DNA of 64,000 nt from NCBI GenBank assembly GCA_964392435.1, contig CAYMOY010000002.1:247261-311260 (forward strand), in the 5' to 3' direction. This document shows, piece after piece, positions 33,711 through 42,647 of the stretch. The notes under the pieces were generated by a model, which saw only the letters and a list, made by a program, of their open reading frames with translations, was not told the DNA's origin and did no database searches. The DNA is from Candidatus Micrarchaeota archaeon. Lineage in GTDB: Archaea > Micrarchaeota > Micrarchaeia > Anstonellales > Anstonellaceae. Numbering within the stretch: the first letter of the stretch is position 1; every line of letters begins with the position of its first letter. Made by a program: the position numbers and the translations under genes.

Positions 33711-34340
33711 ATGGCAAACAGCACAATATATTCGGGCGTGAAAGTAACCTGGTTGGGCCATTCTTCCGTAATGCTGGAAGCTGACGGGCTGGTTTTTTAC
33801 CTAGACCCATTTGTCCTGCCGCGTGGGGCTAAGATGGCGGATGCCATCCTCTATTCCCATGGGCATTCTGACCACTGCGCTGCTGCGCCCTCAATAACCA
33901 AAGCCAGCACAGTGCTTATCGGGCATGGCTGCAGCCTGCCCTGCAGGATGATTGAAATAGGCGGCAGGGAAAAAATCGGAGGGGTGATTGTGGAGGCTGT
34001 GCACGCCTACAATATCGGCAAGCCCTACCACCCTTGCGGCGCAGGAGCTGGTTACATCATCCGCTTCAAATCGGCTTCCGTCTATTTTGCGGGCGACACC
34101 GATTTTATACCTGAGATGAAAAGCTACAAGTGCGACATCGCGCTTCTGCCCATAGGCGGCATTTACACCATGGACGCATCAGAGGCGGCAAAAGCAGCAG
34201 CTGCAATAATGCCAAAAATAGCAATCCCAATCCACTACAACTACCTTACAGACCTGAAAGTTGACCCTGAGAAGTTCCGCACCCTGGTTGCCGAGCAAAC
34301 AGGGGGCAGAGTGGATGTGCGTATACTCTCCTTTGCTTAG
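33711..34340 (+). CDS. Metallo-beta-lactamase-fold hydrolase (UPF0173/UlaG-like)
   Basis: HxHxDH motif YSHGHSDHCAA; 209 aa. Confidence 0.7.
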   Translation: MANSTIYSGVKVTWLGHSSVMLEADGLVFYLDPFVLPRGAKMADAILYSHGHSDHCAAAPSITKASTVLIGHGCSLPCRMIEIGGREKIGGVIVEAVHAYNIGKPYHPCGAGAGYIIRFKSASVYFAGDTDFIPEMKSYKCDIALLPIGGIYTMDASEAAKAAAAIMPKIAIPIHYNYLTDLKVDPEKFRTLVAEQTGGRVDVRILSFA

Positions 34341-34430
34341 CTGGAAAAAGAAAGATAGTGTGCCTGGTCTGTCAGTCCGCCAGCCTGGCTTGACGCATAC
34401 AAATAATAACCTCAAGGGGGAAACTTTCCC

Positions 34431-37400
34431 ATGGGGCGTTGGGAGGCGCGCCTGTCATCATTTCTCCTGCTTTTCTGGCTATCCTCCTTGCTATTGGCGG
34501 AAAGCTTCACAAACTGCGTCAATCCCGCCCCCCTGGACAGATTCTGGGTTTCCCCAGCCTATACCATTTCCAATCCATACATTTACAAACTCGGTTTTGC
34601 TGATTTCTATTCTTTTGCGCTTGACAATGCAACAGAATCCCTGGGGTTGGAAAACATTTCACTTGCAAGCTGGGATTCTTTGCGCTATTCAATCCCGCCG
34701 GGTGAGGAAGCCGAATTTGGCGCAGTCGCCAAAGAGCTTTCGCAAGCATCCTCTTCCCTCATGGCTGCGAAAGAGGCCGCAGCCGCGGCGCACACTCTCT
34801 CCCTGGAAGCGCAATCCTCCGCCAAGAATTTCGAGCTTTCAGCGTTGAACTTGGCGCAATTCGCAATTACCATGCTTTATTCCCCAAACTCCCCCAATTT
34901 CCTGATTTTTGCCGGTGCCGAGAAATTCTGGCGGTTGCAGGGGATAATGGGGTATGCGGTAAACTATCCACAGCAATACGCCTCTGTGCTCGCCAATTCA
35001 TCAGACGCATATGAGCGCCTCAACGCAGCCGCCATGGCAATTTCGCTTTATTGTCAGGAAGAATATGGGGCCCTCAAACTGGCTGGCGCAGGCAGCAGGG
35101 GGTATTCCGGAGCCGCAAAGGAAAGCTATTTTCATGCGCAGGCACAGCTATCCCCCACATCAGGGTTTTGCGGCAGCAGTCGGAAAAAGTCGGATTCCAT
35201 CGCGTCTTACTTCGCCGACCGGCCCCTCACCCCGGATTTTTCCAAAATAGGGTTTGGCAGTTATCTTCAGGCAGTCGGGGGCGCTGGAAACTCATCCACA
35301 ATATCGCAACTTTTCGCCCAATACCTCTCGCTTAAGGAAGCGAACAGCATAATGCAATCCGAATACGCAACCGCCCAGCTGCGCGCAAAAATCTCACTGG
35401 ATTCTCTTTCAAACGAGCTGGAATCGCTGCAAAAGGAGGACCTCAATCTTATTGGGGACCCCCAACAGTTCTCCTCGGGCGGCCAGTACCTTTCAATAGG
35501 CTCGATGTTTTCTGGCATAAACCGTGGCTTGCAGCAGGCTGAATCCGAAAAAAGACGGGCTGAGCAATCATTATCCGAATCCCAACTTGCAAAATCGCAG
35601 AAAGTCTTGCAAGACTATCTCTCCACTGCAATTGCATTGGCTGGGGAGTCGGAACGCATCTCATCATCAGCCGCCAACTCCCTGTCAAATGTCCGATCAT
35701 CTGCGCAATCCGCTGTTGAGATGGAAAAAGCATTTGCTGAGCAGGCAATATCAAAATCGGAGCTAAAGCTGGGGGCGTTCACATCATCCCTATCATCTGC
35801 AAAATCAATGCTGGCAGCCAGCCGCGCATTGGATGAAGCCAAACAGGCTTATGGGTCCGCGGGGCTTGCAAAAAGCCTGGGCAAAAAATACGCAGCTTAC
35901 TCATCTGCGGTTGACCTGGCAGTAGTTTCGATGTCATATGCCGACAATACGGGGGCGGCACAGGAAGAAGATCAAGCCCTGCAAGAGATTTCCTCGCTTC
36001 GCAACCTTCTGGATGCCGCGCAAGTCGACGGGCTGGACGTATCATACGAGCGGGAGCAGATCCGGGAGCTAGAATCGCTTCTCCGCCTGGCGGGAAAGCC
36101 ATTGCAAAGCGGACTTGCAGAGTCGATTCTTCTCTCGGTGCGTGAAAAGCGCGATTCGGTGCTGCTCCGATTGTCATCAGAATATTCCGTTCTTGCGCAA
36201 GATTACTGCTCTTTGAATGAAAAGGTGCTAGCGCTTCGGGAGCAGGAGCCCATGTTCCTTCCGGAGTTCGATCTTACTGGCCAGTTTTTTGATGGATGCG
36301 ACCTAGACGTCCTGGCGGGTGCAGGGCAGCTAAAACAAATAAAGGCTAAGCTGGAAAAGCTCAGAATAGAAACAGAAAAGCGGCTTCCATCATACATATC
36401 TTATCTTCTTGCCAAAAACGCAATGGTGCAAGAGCTTGCGGAGCCTCCGGTATTGGGGGCTCAGAGCGGTTTTTCAGCCGCAATCTCAACTTACAATCCC
36501 TCCAAGTTCTCTTATGCCGGGCCAATATCATTCTCGGTCAAAACCAGCGCGCCGCTTTATTCATCCGAGCTTGTCTCTGGGGGCGGCCTTGTGGATGCTT
36601 TTCCTGACAAGGAAATGCTCACAATCCAGATCTCAGGGGTGCAGGCGGGGCAACGCTTATCATTCAGATTTGAGAAAAAAGAGCAGCCTGCGCAAAAAAC
36701 AGCATCGTTTGAAAAATGCACTGCCGCATCGAATGAGCTGGCGCAGTTGGAACGAGAAATATCATTTTTCGCCTCGCGAAGGCTTCCTTCCCTCGCCCTA
36801 TCAGAATCCGCCCCTACTGGCGCATCCGAGGCTAAAGCCCGCTATTCGGGCTCAAGCCAGAATCTCTACTCATCTTTTTCTCCAAGTGAAACAATCCTGC
36901 AAGGCAGCATAGGCCCGATTGACTCCGGGCAGCATTCGCTTGAGCTGCAATACGTTGTGGCCAACCCATTTTCGGTTTCTTCAGGGGAGCCGTCCTATCA
37001 GGAGCTTTCCAACGGCCGGCGCAGGATTTCCCGCCAAATTTCCCTGGAAAACATCTCCACAAGCTGCGGCTCTGCCCGCGTGCAGCTTTCAGAGCCTTTT
37101 TCGGCAAATGATTTCTCGGCCACTTCGCTTGGGGCGGAAAAGGTCGGCTCTGTCTCATTCCTGGAATATGCGGGTGGCATCCAGGCAAGCTTCGTCGTCT
37201 CACCGCTCGAGAAAGGCACACAGCCGAAATTCATTATCTCATATGTAATTTCAGATCAGGCTTCCGCGCTTTCAGAAGCCCTCGCACAGGCGGAGCTGCA
37301 GGTGCTTTATTACAACCGGACCCGCGACATCCTTCTCCTCTCCCAAGCACGCCTCCTCTCATCACAAAACCGCACCCAAGAGGCTCTTTCGCTGCTTTCC

Positions 37401-38570
37401 AAGATGCGCCAGGAGCAACAAGAGCTTTCTGACGCGTTTGCAGACTATTCTGACTTCGATGCGGAAAATGCCAGTGCCGGCCTGATGCTTTCATCCTCCC
37501 TGCAGGCGGTATCACAGCTGTCAACTGAAGGTATGGTTCAGGCGGCGGCGCAGCTTTCAACATTATCATCGCAACTCAAAGAGGGCATGCTGCAAGCGGC
37601 CCAGCGATTCGAGTCAGGCGACTATGCGGATGCGCTTTCCTTCGCAAGGAAGGCATCAGCGCAATTCCGCTCCTCCTTGTCCGCCCTATCCTGGAAATCG
37701 GCCACAGCCGCATCTGATGCTTATGCTGCGGCGCGCAAGTCAAACCCGAGCCAAAAGAGTTCAAGCTTTGACCAGGCGCAGCAAGAGATAAATTTGGCGC
37801 ACTCCCTATTCTCGCAAGGCAGCCACCTCGAGTCATTCATCCATTCCTCCCGTGCTGTGCGGAAAATCGAAGATGCTCAAAGTGATGCTGCTGCGCAGGT
37901 GGCGTCGGACTCCGCCCGCGCAGAGGTTCTTCGCAGCGAATTTGCGGCCATGCGCGAAAAAACAGCCAATCTCCTGTCAAAATACTCCTCCCAATATTCC
38001 GCGCTTTCCTCGCAAAGCAAGCGGCAGCTTCCATTAACCCCTGCCCAGGCGCAGGCAATGCTTGAAGAAGCGGACAAGGGCGTGGCAGCATCGGCGAAAC
38101 CGAAAACAGATCCGGCCCAAGCCCTGTCTGGCGCCAATTCTTCACTGCAGAAACTCCTTTCGCTGCGCAGCGTTCTTGAAAGCTCGCTCGAATCCTTGCA
38201 GCAGTCCGCTGGCGCATCATTGCAGGTTGCCCATCTTGCCGAGTCTGAGGCGGGCAAAATAGCCGAAGGTTCCCAAGAATATTCTCAGATACAAGAAGAG
38301 GTTTCCCGGGCTGAGGGATTTTACTCAAGCGCCCTTTATGCAGACTCGCTGGTCTCATCTGACAGGGCTATACGCGCAGCCAACCTGCTTCTTGCGAAAA
38401 GCAATTCCGGTTTCGACCTGAAAACCGTTCTTTTGGGCGCAGCCTCCCTGCTTTTCATTGCAGGGGCGGCGTGGCTCTTCCTGCAAAAATCAAGGAAACC
38501 ATCCGAAAAAGGCCCTAAGAGGGGAATACCTAAAGAAGTGCTGCGCCAGGAGAACAAAGGGCAGGGGTAG
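34431..38570 (+). CDS. Giant (1379 aa) Ser/Ala/Leu/Gln-rich predicted coiled-coil surface protein with signal peptide and C-terminal TM anchor (putative S-layer or surface-filament protein)
   Basis: N-terminal signal MGRWEARLSSFLLLFWLSSLLLAES. Long low-complexity helical sequence with scattered NxS/T sequons. C-terminal TM TVLLGAASLLFIAGAAWLFL followed by a basic tail QKSRKPSEKGPKRG. Confidence 0.6.
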   Translation: MGRWEARLSSFLLLFWLSSLLLAESFTNCVNPAPLDRFWVSPAYTISNPYIYKLGFADFYSFALDNATESLGLENISLASWDSLRYSIPPGEEAEFGAVAKELSQASSSLMAAKEAAAAAHTLSLEAQSSAKNFELSALNLAQFAITMLYSPNSPNFLIFAGAEKFWRLQGIMGYAVNYPQQYASVLANSSDAYERLNAAAMAISLYCQEEYGALKLAGAGSRGYSGAAKESYFHAQAQLSPTSGFCGSSRKKSDSIASYFADRPLTPDFSKIGFGSYLQAVGGAGNSSTISQLFAQYLSLKEANSIMQSEYATAQLRAKISLDSLSNELESLQKEDLNLIGDPQQFSSGGQYLSIGSMFSGINRGLQQAESEKRRAEQSLSESQLAKSQKVLQDYLSTAIALAGESERISSSAANSLSNVRSSAQSAVEMEKAFAEQAISKSELKLGAFTSSLSSAKSMLAASRALDEAKQAYGSAGLAKSLGKKYAAYSSAVDLAVVSMSYADNTGAAQEEDQALQEISSLRNLLDAAQVDGLDVSYEREQIRELESLLRLAGKPLQSGLAESILLSVREKRDSVLLRLSSEYSVLAQDYCSLNEKVLALREQEPMFLPEFDLTGQFFDGCDLDVLAGAGQLKQIKAKLEKLRIETEKRLPSYISYLLAKNAMVQELAEPPVLGAQSGFSAAISTYNPSKFSYAGPISFSVKTSAPLYSSELVSGGGLVDAFPDKEMLTIQISGVQAGQRLSFRFEKKEQPAQKTASFEKCTAASNELAQLEREISFFASRRLPSLALSESAPTGASEAKARYSGSSQNLYSSFSPSETILQGSIGPIDSGQHSLELQYVVANPFSVSSGEPSYQELSNGRRRISRQISLENISTSCGSARVQLSEPFSANDFSATSLGAEKVGSVSFLEYAGGIQASFVVSPLEKGTQPKFIISYVISDQASALSEALAQAELQVLYYNRTRDILLLSQARLLSSQNRTQEALSLLSKMRQEQQELSDAFADYSDFDAENASAGLMLSSSLQAVSQLSTEGMVQAAAQLSTLSSQLKEGMLQAAQRFESGDYADALSFARKASAQFRSSLSALSWKSATAASDAYAAARKSNPSQKSSSFDQAQQEINLAHSLFSQGSHLESFIHSSRAVRKIEDAQSDAAAQVASDSARAEVLRSEFAAMREKTANLLSKYSSQYSALSSQSKRQLPLTPAQAQAMLEEADKGVAASAKPKTDPAQALSGANSSLQKLLSLRSVLESSLESLQQSAGASLQVAHLAESEAGKIAEGSQEYSQIQEEVSRAEGFYSSALYADSLVSSDRAIRAANLLLAKSNSGFDLKTVLLGAASLLFIAGAAWLFLQKSRKPSEKGPKRGIPKEVLRQENKGQG

Positions 38571-38612
38571 CCATCACCTGCAGCAGCAATTCCCGGATAC
38601 TCGCATCGCCAT

Positions 38613-39200
38613 TCATCTTTGTTTAGCAAGTTCAGCTTCCACAACGGCTTTGAGTTTTGGGGTGCCGGTCACCAAGGTGCTGCCCACATGAAAGCTGGGC
38701 GTTCCGCGCACTCCTAGCGCGGTTCCTGATGCCGCATCATCTCTCACTTTTGCAGCAGCCTTTTGGGAGGTTGTGCATATGGAAAAACTGTTGATGTCCA
38801 GCCCAATCTCGGATGCGTATTTTTCCAGGCTTGCATCAGAAAGCTCATTTTGGTTGGCAAAAAGCTTATCATGCATCCGCCAAAATCCTCCCTGCTCTCC
38901 TGCGCACACAGCCGCAATGGCTGCAGGTGTGCTTCTCGGATGTATGTTATTCAGGGGAAAATGCAAAAACTGCAGCTGCACTTCCGAAGCATGCTCTCGC
39001 ACCAGCTCGTCAACAACAAGCGCTGCCCTGCCACAGTAAGGGCATTCAAAATCCGAGTATTCGTATATCACGACTTTTGGGAAGGCCGCCCCCCTGTAGG
39101 GCTTCCCATCAGCAGTCATGCCTTCATTCATTTTCTGGGCAGCACAACCCGAAAACAGCAGCGCTGCGGCAAGCAGCAAGGATAGCAGCAGTTTTTCCAT
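38613..39200 (-). CDS. DsbA-like thioredoxin-fold thiol:disulfide oxidoreductase, probable lipoprotein
   Basis: Start at ATG 39200 (MEKLLLSLLLAAALLFSGCAAQ, lipobox-like). CPYC active site (YSDFECPYCGRAAL). TATA-like box about 26 nt upstream. The track ORF extends to 39386 with an implausible N-terminus. Confidence 0.7.
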   Translation of the reverse strand: MEKLLLSLLLAAALLFSGCAAQKMNEGMTADGKPYRGAAFPKVVIYEYSDFECPYCGRAALVVDELVREHASEVQLQFLHFPLNNIHPRSTPAAIAAVCAGEQGGFWRMHDKLFANQNELSDASLEKYASEIGLDINSFSICTTSQKAAAKVRDDAASGTALGVRGTPSFHVGSTLVTGTPKLKAVVEAELAKQR

Positions 39201-39386
39201 GGAACAGTTTGGGGCAAACCAGTTAAAACCATTTCCGCCGGGCTGCCTGGGCATAATTTCTGGAAAGTTTGGGCGGTTTGGGGCGTGGGCATGCTGGCAG
39301 CCAACCAAAAATCCTAGGAAGTTCGGTTTGGAAGACTGCGGCCTGCCACATGGGTAATGGGGCAAAAAGCGCAACCCGCGCGCCAC

Positions 39387-39656
39387 TCATTCCGGCTTCC
39401 GGCTCCTCATTTCATGCGCAGCCTCGGCTCTCCAGGCTATCTGCGCAATGGCTTTTCTCATACTGCGCTGCCTTCGGTTTATCACAAGAGGGCGCATCCC
39501 ATCGGCTCTGGAATGGTTTTGGTGCACCTGTTCGGCTATGCCATCCAGTTCTATGAGTTTTTTACTTGCCTTCTGGCAAAAGTTCAGCGTCAAATCCAAT
39601 CCTTTGGCATCAAGCGACCATCCGCTTTTGAGCTTGAAAGAACATTTTTTTTTCAA
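39387..39656 (-). CDS. Hypothetical ORF; possibly the 3' portion of the upstream gene, displaced by a frameshift at an A9 run
   Basis: Protein-like translation KKCSFKLKSGWSLDAKGLDLTLNFCQKASKKLIELDGIAEQVHQNH... It begins inside the A9 homopolymer (plus-strand T9 at 39645-39653), where the upstream ORF ends. Confidence 0.3.
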   Translation of the reverse strand: MKKKCSFKLKSGWSLDAKGLDLTLNFCQKASKKLIELDGIAEQVHQNHSRADGMRPLVINRRQRSMRKAIAQIAWRAEAAHEMRSRKPE

Positions 39657-40206
39657 AAACCAGATATCTTCCCTTATTCAACTCAACCAAATAATCGTAG
39701 CCATCGCCCAGCTGCAAGTAGAGCCTCTCTCCCTCGCCAAGCTTGCGCAAGCCAGCCACAACGATCTCTCCAACAGGCTCACCGCAATCCCTGAGAAAAC
39801 CAATGGCATTTTCCAAACGCAGTGAATCGTAGCGGGGCGCAAGCCCTTCATCCAGCTCCAGCTCCACTTTTGGGTTTGCTTTTTGTATGGATAGCATGAA
39901 ATCGGCAAATATGCGGGATTCCTCCAGGTGCAAGAACTTCCACAAAAGCTCCAATTCGCTGCATGAGAGGGCCCCTATGTTTCTTGAAATGGCTTCTTCC
40001 AAAAGCAGCTTTTCGCTCTTGGCTGGCGTGTAGTTGCCAATAACCTCCCCACCATCTGCCCTAGCCGCAATTTTTTCATCTAAGATGCATGGCAACAGAT
40101 GTTTTTGCAAGGCGAAGAGCCGTCTTTTCCGTACTGCATCGCCCTCATCAGAAACTATCGGGGCGGAGGGCTTGCGGGCAGCAACATGGCTGGTTTGCAT
40201 GCCCAT
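39610..40206 (-). CDS. Hypothetical protein (199 aa); possibly truncated by a frameshift at an A9 homopolymer
   Basis: Start at ATG 40206, which has a GGTGG Shine-Dalgarno 5 nt upstream and lies downstream of the TATA at 40258-40266. The track ORF starts at 40278, inside the promoter. It ends 1 codon after the A9 run. Confidence 0.4.
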   Translation of the reverse strand: MGMQTSHVAARKPSAPIVSDEGDAVRKRRLFALQKHLLPCILDEKIAARADGGEVIGNYTPAKSEKLLLEEAISRNIGALSCSELELLWKFLHLEESRIFADFMLSIQKANPKVELELDEGLAPRYDSLRLENAIGFLRDCGEPVGEIVVAGLRKLGEGERLYLQLGDGYDYLVELNKGRYLVFEKKMFFQAQKRMVA

Positions 40207-40257
40207 TTTCCACCACAAAGCTAATTTAAAACAGCATTTCCACCGGCAAATCTCCAG

Positions 40258-40266
40258 TTTATAAAA
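40258..40266. promoter_or_regulatory. Shared palindromic TATA (tttataaaa) between divergent hypothetical gene and pyrB
   Basis: Centre 40262. It predicts a TSS about 26 nt away on each strand, about 40236 (minus) and about 40288 (plus). pyrB ATG 40296 is therefore near-leaderless (about 8-nt leader); the minus-strand ATG 40206 has a leader of about 30 nt. Confidence 0.4.
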
Positions 40267-40295
40267 CTTATTAGGCATAAAAAATAGGTGTGGCG

Positions 40296-41198
40296 ATGCG
40301 TGACCTGATTTCCATTCGCGACCTTGAAAAAAAAGACATCGAATCCTATTTGTCGGAAGCCGTCGAAATGGAGCAATTGCTTGGCAAAAAACAATCCACC
40401 ATTCTTTCAGGAAAGCTCATTGCGAACATGTTTTTCGAGCCGTCCACCCGCACCAACATGTCTTTCCAGGCGGCGGCAAAGCGGCTGGGGGCAAAGGTGC
40501 TCACTTTCCACTCAGGCAGCAGCTCATCCGCAAAAGGCGAAACGCTTGCCGACACCATTCGCATGATGGATGGGTACTCGGACGCCATTGTGATTCGGCA
40601 TCCTATTGAGGGCGCTGCCCGTTTTGCAGCAGACATCGCGGAGCATCCAGTGATAAATGCCGGTGATGGGGGGAACCAGCATCCGACGCAGACGCTGATA
40701 GATTTGTACACTATAAAGAAGTTGAAAGGCAAAATCGGCGGGTTGAACATAACCTTGCTTGGCGACCTGAAGCATGCCCGGGCGATGCGCTCACTTCTTT
40801 ACGGGCTTTCCATGTTCGGCTCGCAAGTCACGCTCTCTTCCCCCAAGTCGCTTTGCATGGATGAGGAAATGATTGTGGAAGTGGCATCAAAATTTGGCGC
40901 AAAACCGGAGCAGACATCGGAAATAAACCTAAAGGAATGCGATGTGCTTTACGTCTGCCGAATACAAAAAGAGAGGTTTTCTGACCCATATGAGGCCGAG
41001 CGAGTGCAAAAAGAGTTCCGCATAGGCGCAAGTCTTCTTGCCGGGGCTGCAAAGAGCATGGCGATAATGCATCCGCTCCCAAAAATCGATGAAATACCGC
41101 CTGAAGTAGATTCAACAGAATTCGCCAAATATTTCGAGCAAGCCAGGAACGGTGTGCCGGTGCGAATGGCGGTGCTGCACCGGTGCATAAAAGGTTGA
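40296..41198 (+). CDS. pyrB: Aspartate carbamoyltransferase catalytic subunit
   Basis: FFEPSTRTNMSFQAAAKRLG (STRTR), HPTQ and HPLP motifs. The ATG-initiated form MRDLISIRDL aligns with archaeal PyrB N-termini. Confidence 0.9.
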   Translation: MRDLISIRDLEKKDIESYLSEAVEMEQLLGKKQSTILSGKLIANMFFEPSTRTNMSFQAAAKRLGAKVLTFHSGSSSSAKGETLADTIRMMDGYSDAIVIRHPIEGAARFAADIAEHPVINAGDGGNQHPTQTLIDLYTIKKLKGKIGGLNITLLGDLKHARAMRSLLYGLSMFGSQVTLSSPKSLCMDEEMIVEVASKFGAKPEQTSEINLKECDVLYVCRIQKERFSDPYEAERVQKEFRIGASLLAGAAKSMAIMHPLPKIDEIPPEVDSTEFAKYFEQARNGVPVRMAVLHRCIKG

Positions 41199-41202
41199 TG
41201 CC

Positions 41203-41637
41203 ATGCCTCTTGTTGTTGAGAAAATAAAGGAAGGCACTGTGGTGGACCACATCTCGGCTGGAGCCGGCGGCCGGGTGCTGCAGATTCTTTCGGCGCAATA
41301 CCCGATAAGCGGGGCGGCAGCTCTTATCATAAACGCTCATTCGAAAAGGCTTGGCCGCAAGGACATAGTGAAAATGGAAGGCATTTTTGTGGATGAGAAG
41401 ACAGCCAACAGGATAGCCATAATCGCCCCGGACGCGACGATGAACATCATCAAGGGGGGCAAGGTGGCTGGCAAACACAAAGTGGTCCTGCCAAAAAGGA
41501 TTTGCGGGCTGCTGCGCTGCCCAAACCCAAATTGCATAACCAATTCCGATCTTGCGGAAACCTCATTCTCACCAGAGAACGGGAAGCTTAGGTGCCATCA
41601 CTGCGAGCGCGTGTTCCATCCAGGAGAATTCGTCTAG
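41203..41637 (+). CDS. pyrI: Aspartate carbamoyltransferase regulatory subunit
   Basis: MPLVVEKIKEGTVVDHI... with C-terminal zinc domain CPNPNCITNSD...CHHCE; 144 aa; 4 nt after pyrB. Confidence 0.9.
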   Translation: MPLVVEKIKEGTVVDHISAGAGGRVLQILSAQYPISGAAALIINAHSKRLGRKDIVKMEGIFVDEKTANRIAIIAPDATMNIIKGGKVAGKHKVVLPKRICGLLRCPNPNCITNSDLAETSFSPENGKLRCHHCERVFHPGEFV

Positions 41638-41650
41638 CAAAGGTCTCAAA

Positions 41651-42004
41651 ATGAAAAGCCTCTTCCTCAAGACAAAGCCCTGCGCCATACTGATTCTTCT
41701 CAAAGACTCGAGCCAGAATTGGTATCCCTCCAAACTCGCCCGTTCTGCAATGTGCTCTTACGTGCATGTGGTCAACCTTCTTTCAACATTGCGCAGCCTG
41801 GGGGTGGTTAGCACCGAGAAAAAAGGAAAACAGAACATGTACAGGCTGACCGAAAAAGGCGCCCAGCTGGCCTCTTCTTTGGACGATTTTTCCAAGAAAT
41901 GCGATGCCGTCGGGGCTGAGGCGAAGTCCCAACAGGCAGCCGCCGCGCAAGCCTCGCAAGAGCCAAAGCAAGCCGAAAAGCCAGCTCCTCTTGAAAAAAA
42001 ATGA
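41651..42004 (+). CDS. Winged-helix transcriptional regulator (MarR/ArsR-like), hypothetical
   Basis: MKSLFLKTKPCAILILLKDSSQNWYPSKLARSAMCSYVHVVNLLSTLRSLGVVSTEKKGKQNMYRLTEKG is a wHTH fold pattern. In-frame ATG 14 nt after the pyrI stop. The track ORF 41552 overlaps pyrI. Confidence 0.5.
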   Translation: MKSLFLKTKPCAILILLKDSSQNWYPSKLARSAMCSYVHVVNLLSTLRSLGVVSTEKKGKQNMYRLTEKGAQLASSLDDFSKKCDAVGAEAKSQQAAAAQASQEPKQAEKPAPLEKK

Positions 42005-42121
42005 GCCGGGCAAATGGTCAAAATCGCGCGCAACTCCCCTTTTTTTGGCAAAGAAGCCATAGCCGGTCCCCCCCTCTCCCTTTCAGTTAAGTCTTTATAC
42101 TTTCCACACGTCTAACATGCG

Positions 42122-42637
42122 GTGATTTTCTTGCCCGCGCAGAAGCAAACGCCCTCAACCTCACAGCCTGAAGCACAGTCCATGTTGTCATTCATACCAT
42201 CCGGAATCGCGCGCAGCGCAGCCGAGTACCTCTCAGCCAGCGTTGCCGGGGCACTATTGCTGTTCGCCTTTTTCATCCTAGCCGAGGTGGCAATGGTCGC
42301 AGTCAAAGAAGCCCTGCTGGCCATGGTTTTTGTTCCCGTAATCTGCATAATGCCAGTCCTGGCAGGGGCTGCTTCGGCACTGGTGCTTGAAAAGCTCCGC
42401 AGGAGGACAATTTTCATGAAAAACGGGGTAATAGTGGGCGCCGCCGCCGGCTTTTTCGGCGCCCTGCTGGCCGGGTTCGCACTAACTGTCGTCAGTCTGG
42501 TAACCCACGAATCCCCGTTCGGGGAGTTTGTTAAGGACTGGCTGGTCTATGTGGTGCTGCTTGCGACGCTGTTCATAGACATGGTTCTTGGAGCCTTGGG
42601 CGGAGCGCTAGTGGTGAAATTCATAAAACAGCAGTAG
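42122..42637 (+). CDS. Integral membrane protein (4 predicted TM), hypothetical
   Basis: GTG 42122 is leaderless relative to TATA ctttatac (42087-42096). Hydrophobic segments throughout. Alternative ATG at 42182. Confidence 0.4.
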   Translation: MIFLPAQKQTPSTSQPEAQSMLSFIPSGIARSAAEYLSASVAGALLLFAFFILAEVAMVAVKEALLAMVFVPVICIMPVLAGAASALVLEKLRRRTIFMKNGVIVGAAAGFFGALLAGFALTVVSLVTHESPFGEFVKDWLVYVVLLATLFIDMVLGALGGALVVKFIKQQ

Positions 42638-42647
42638 CCTCAAGCTT

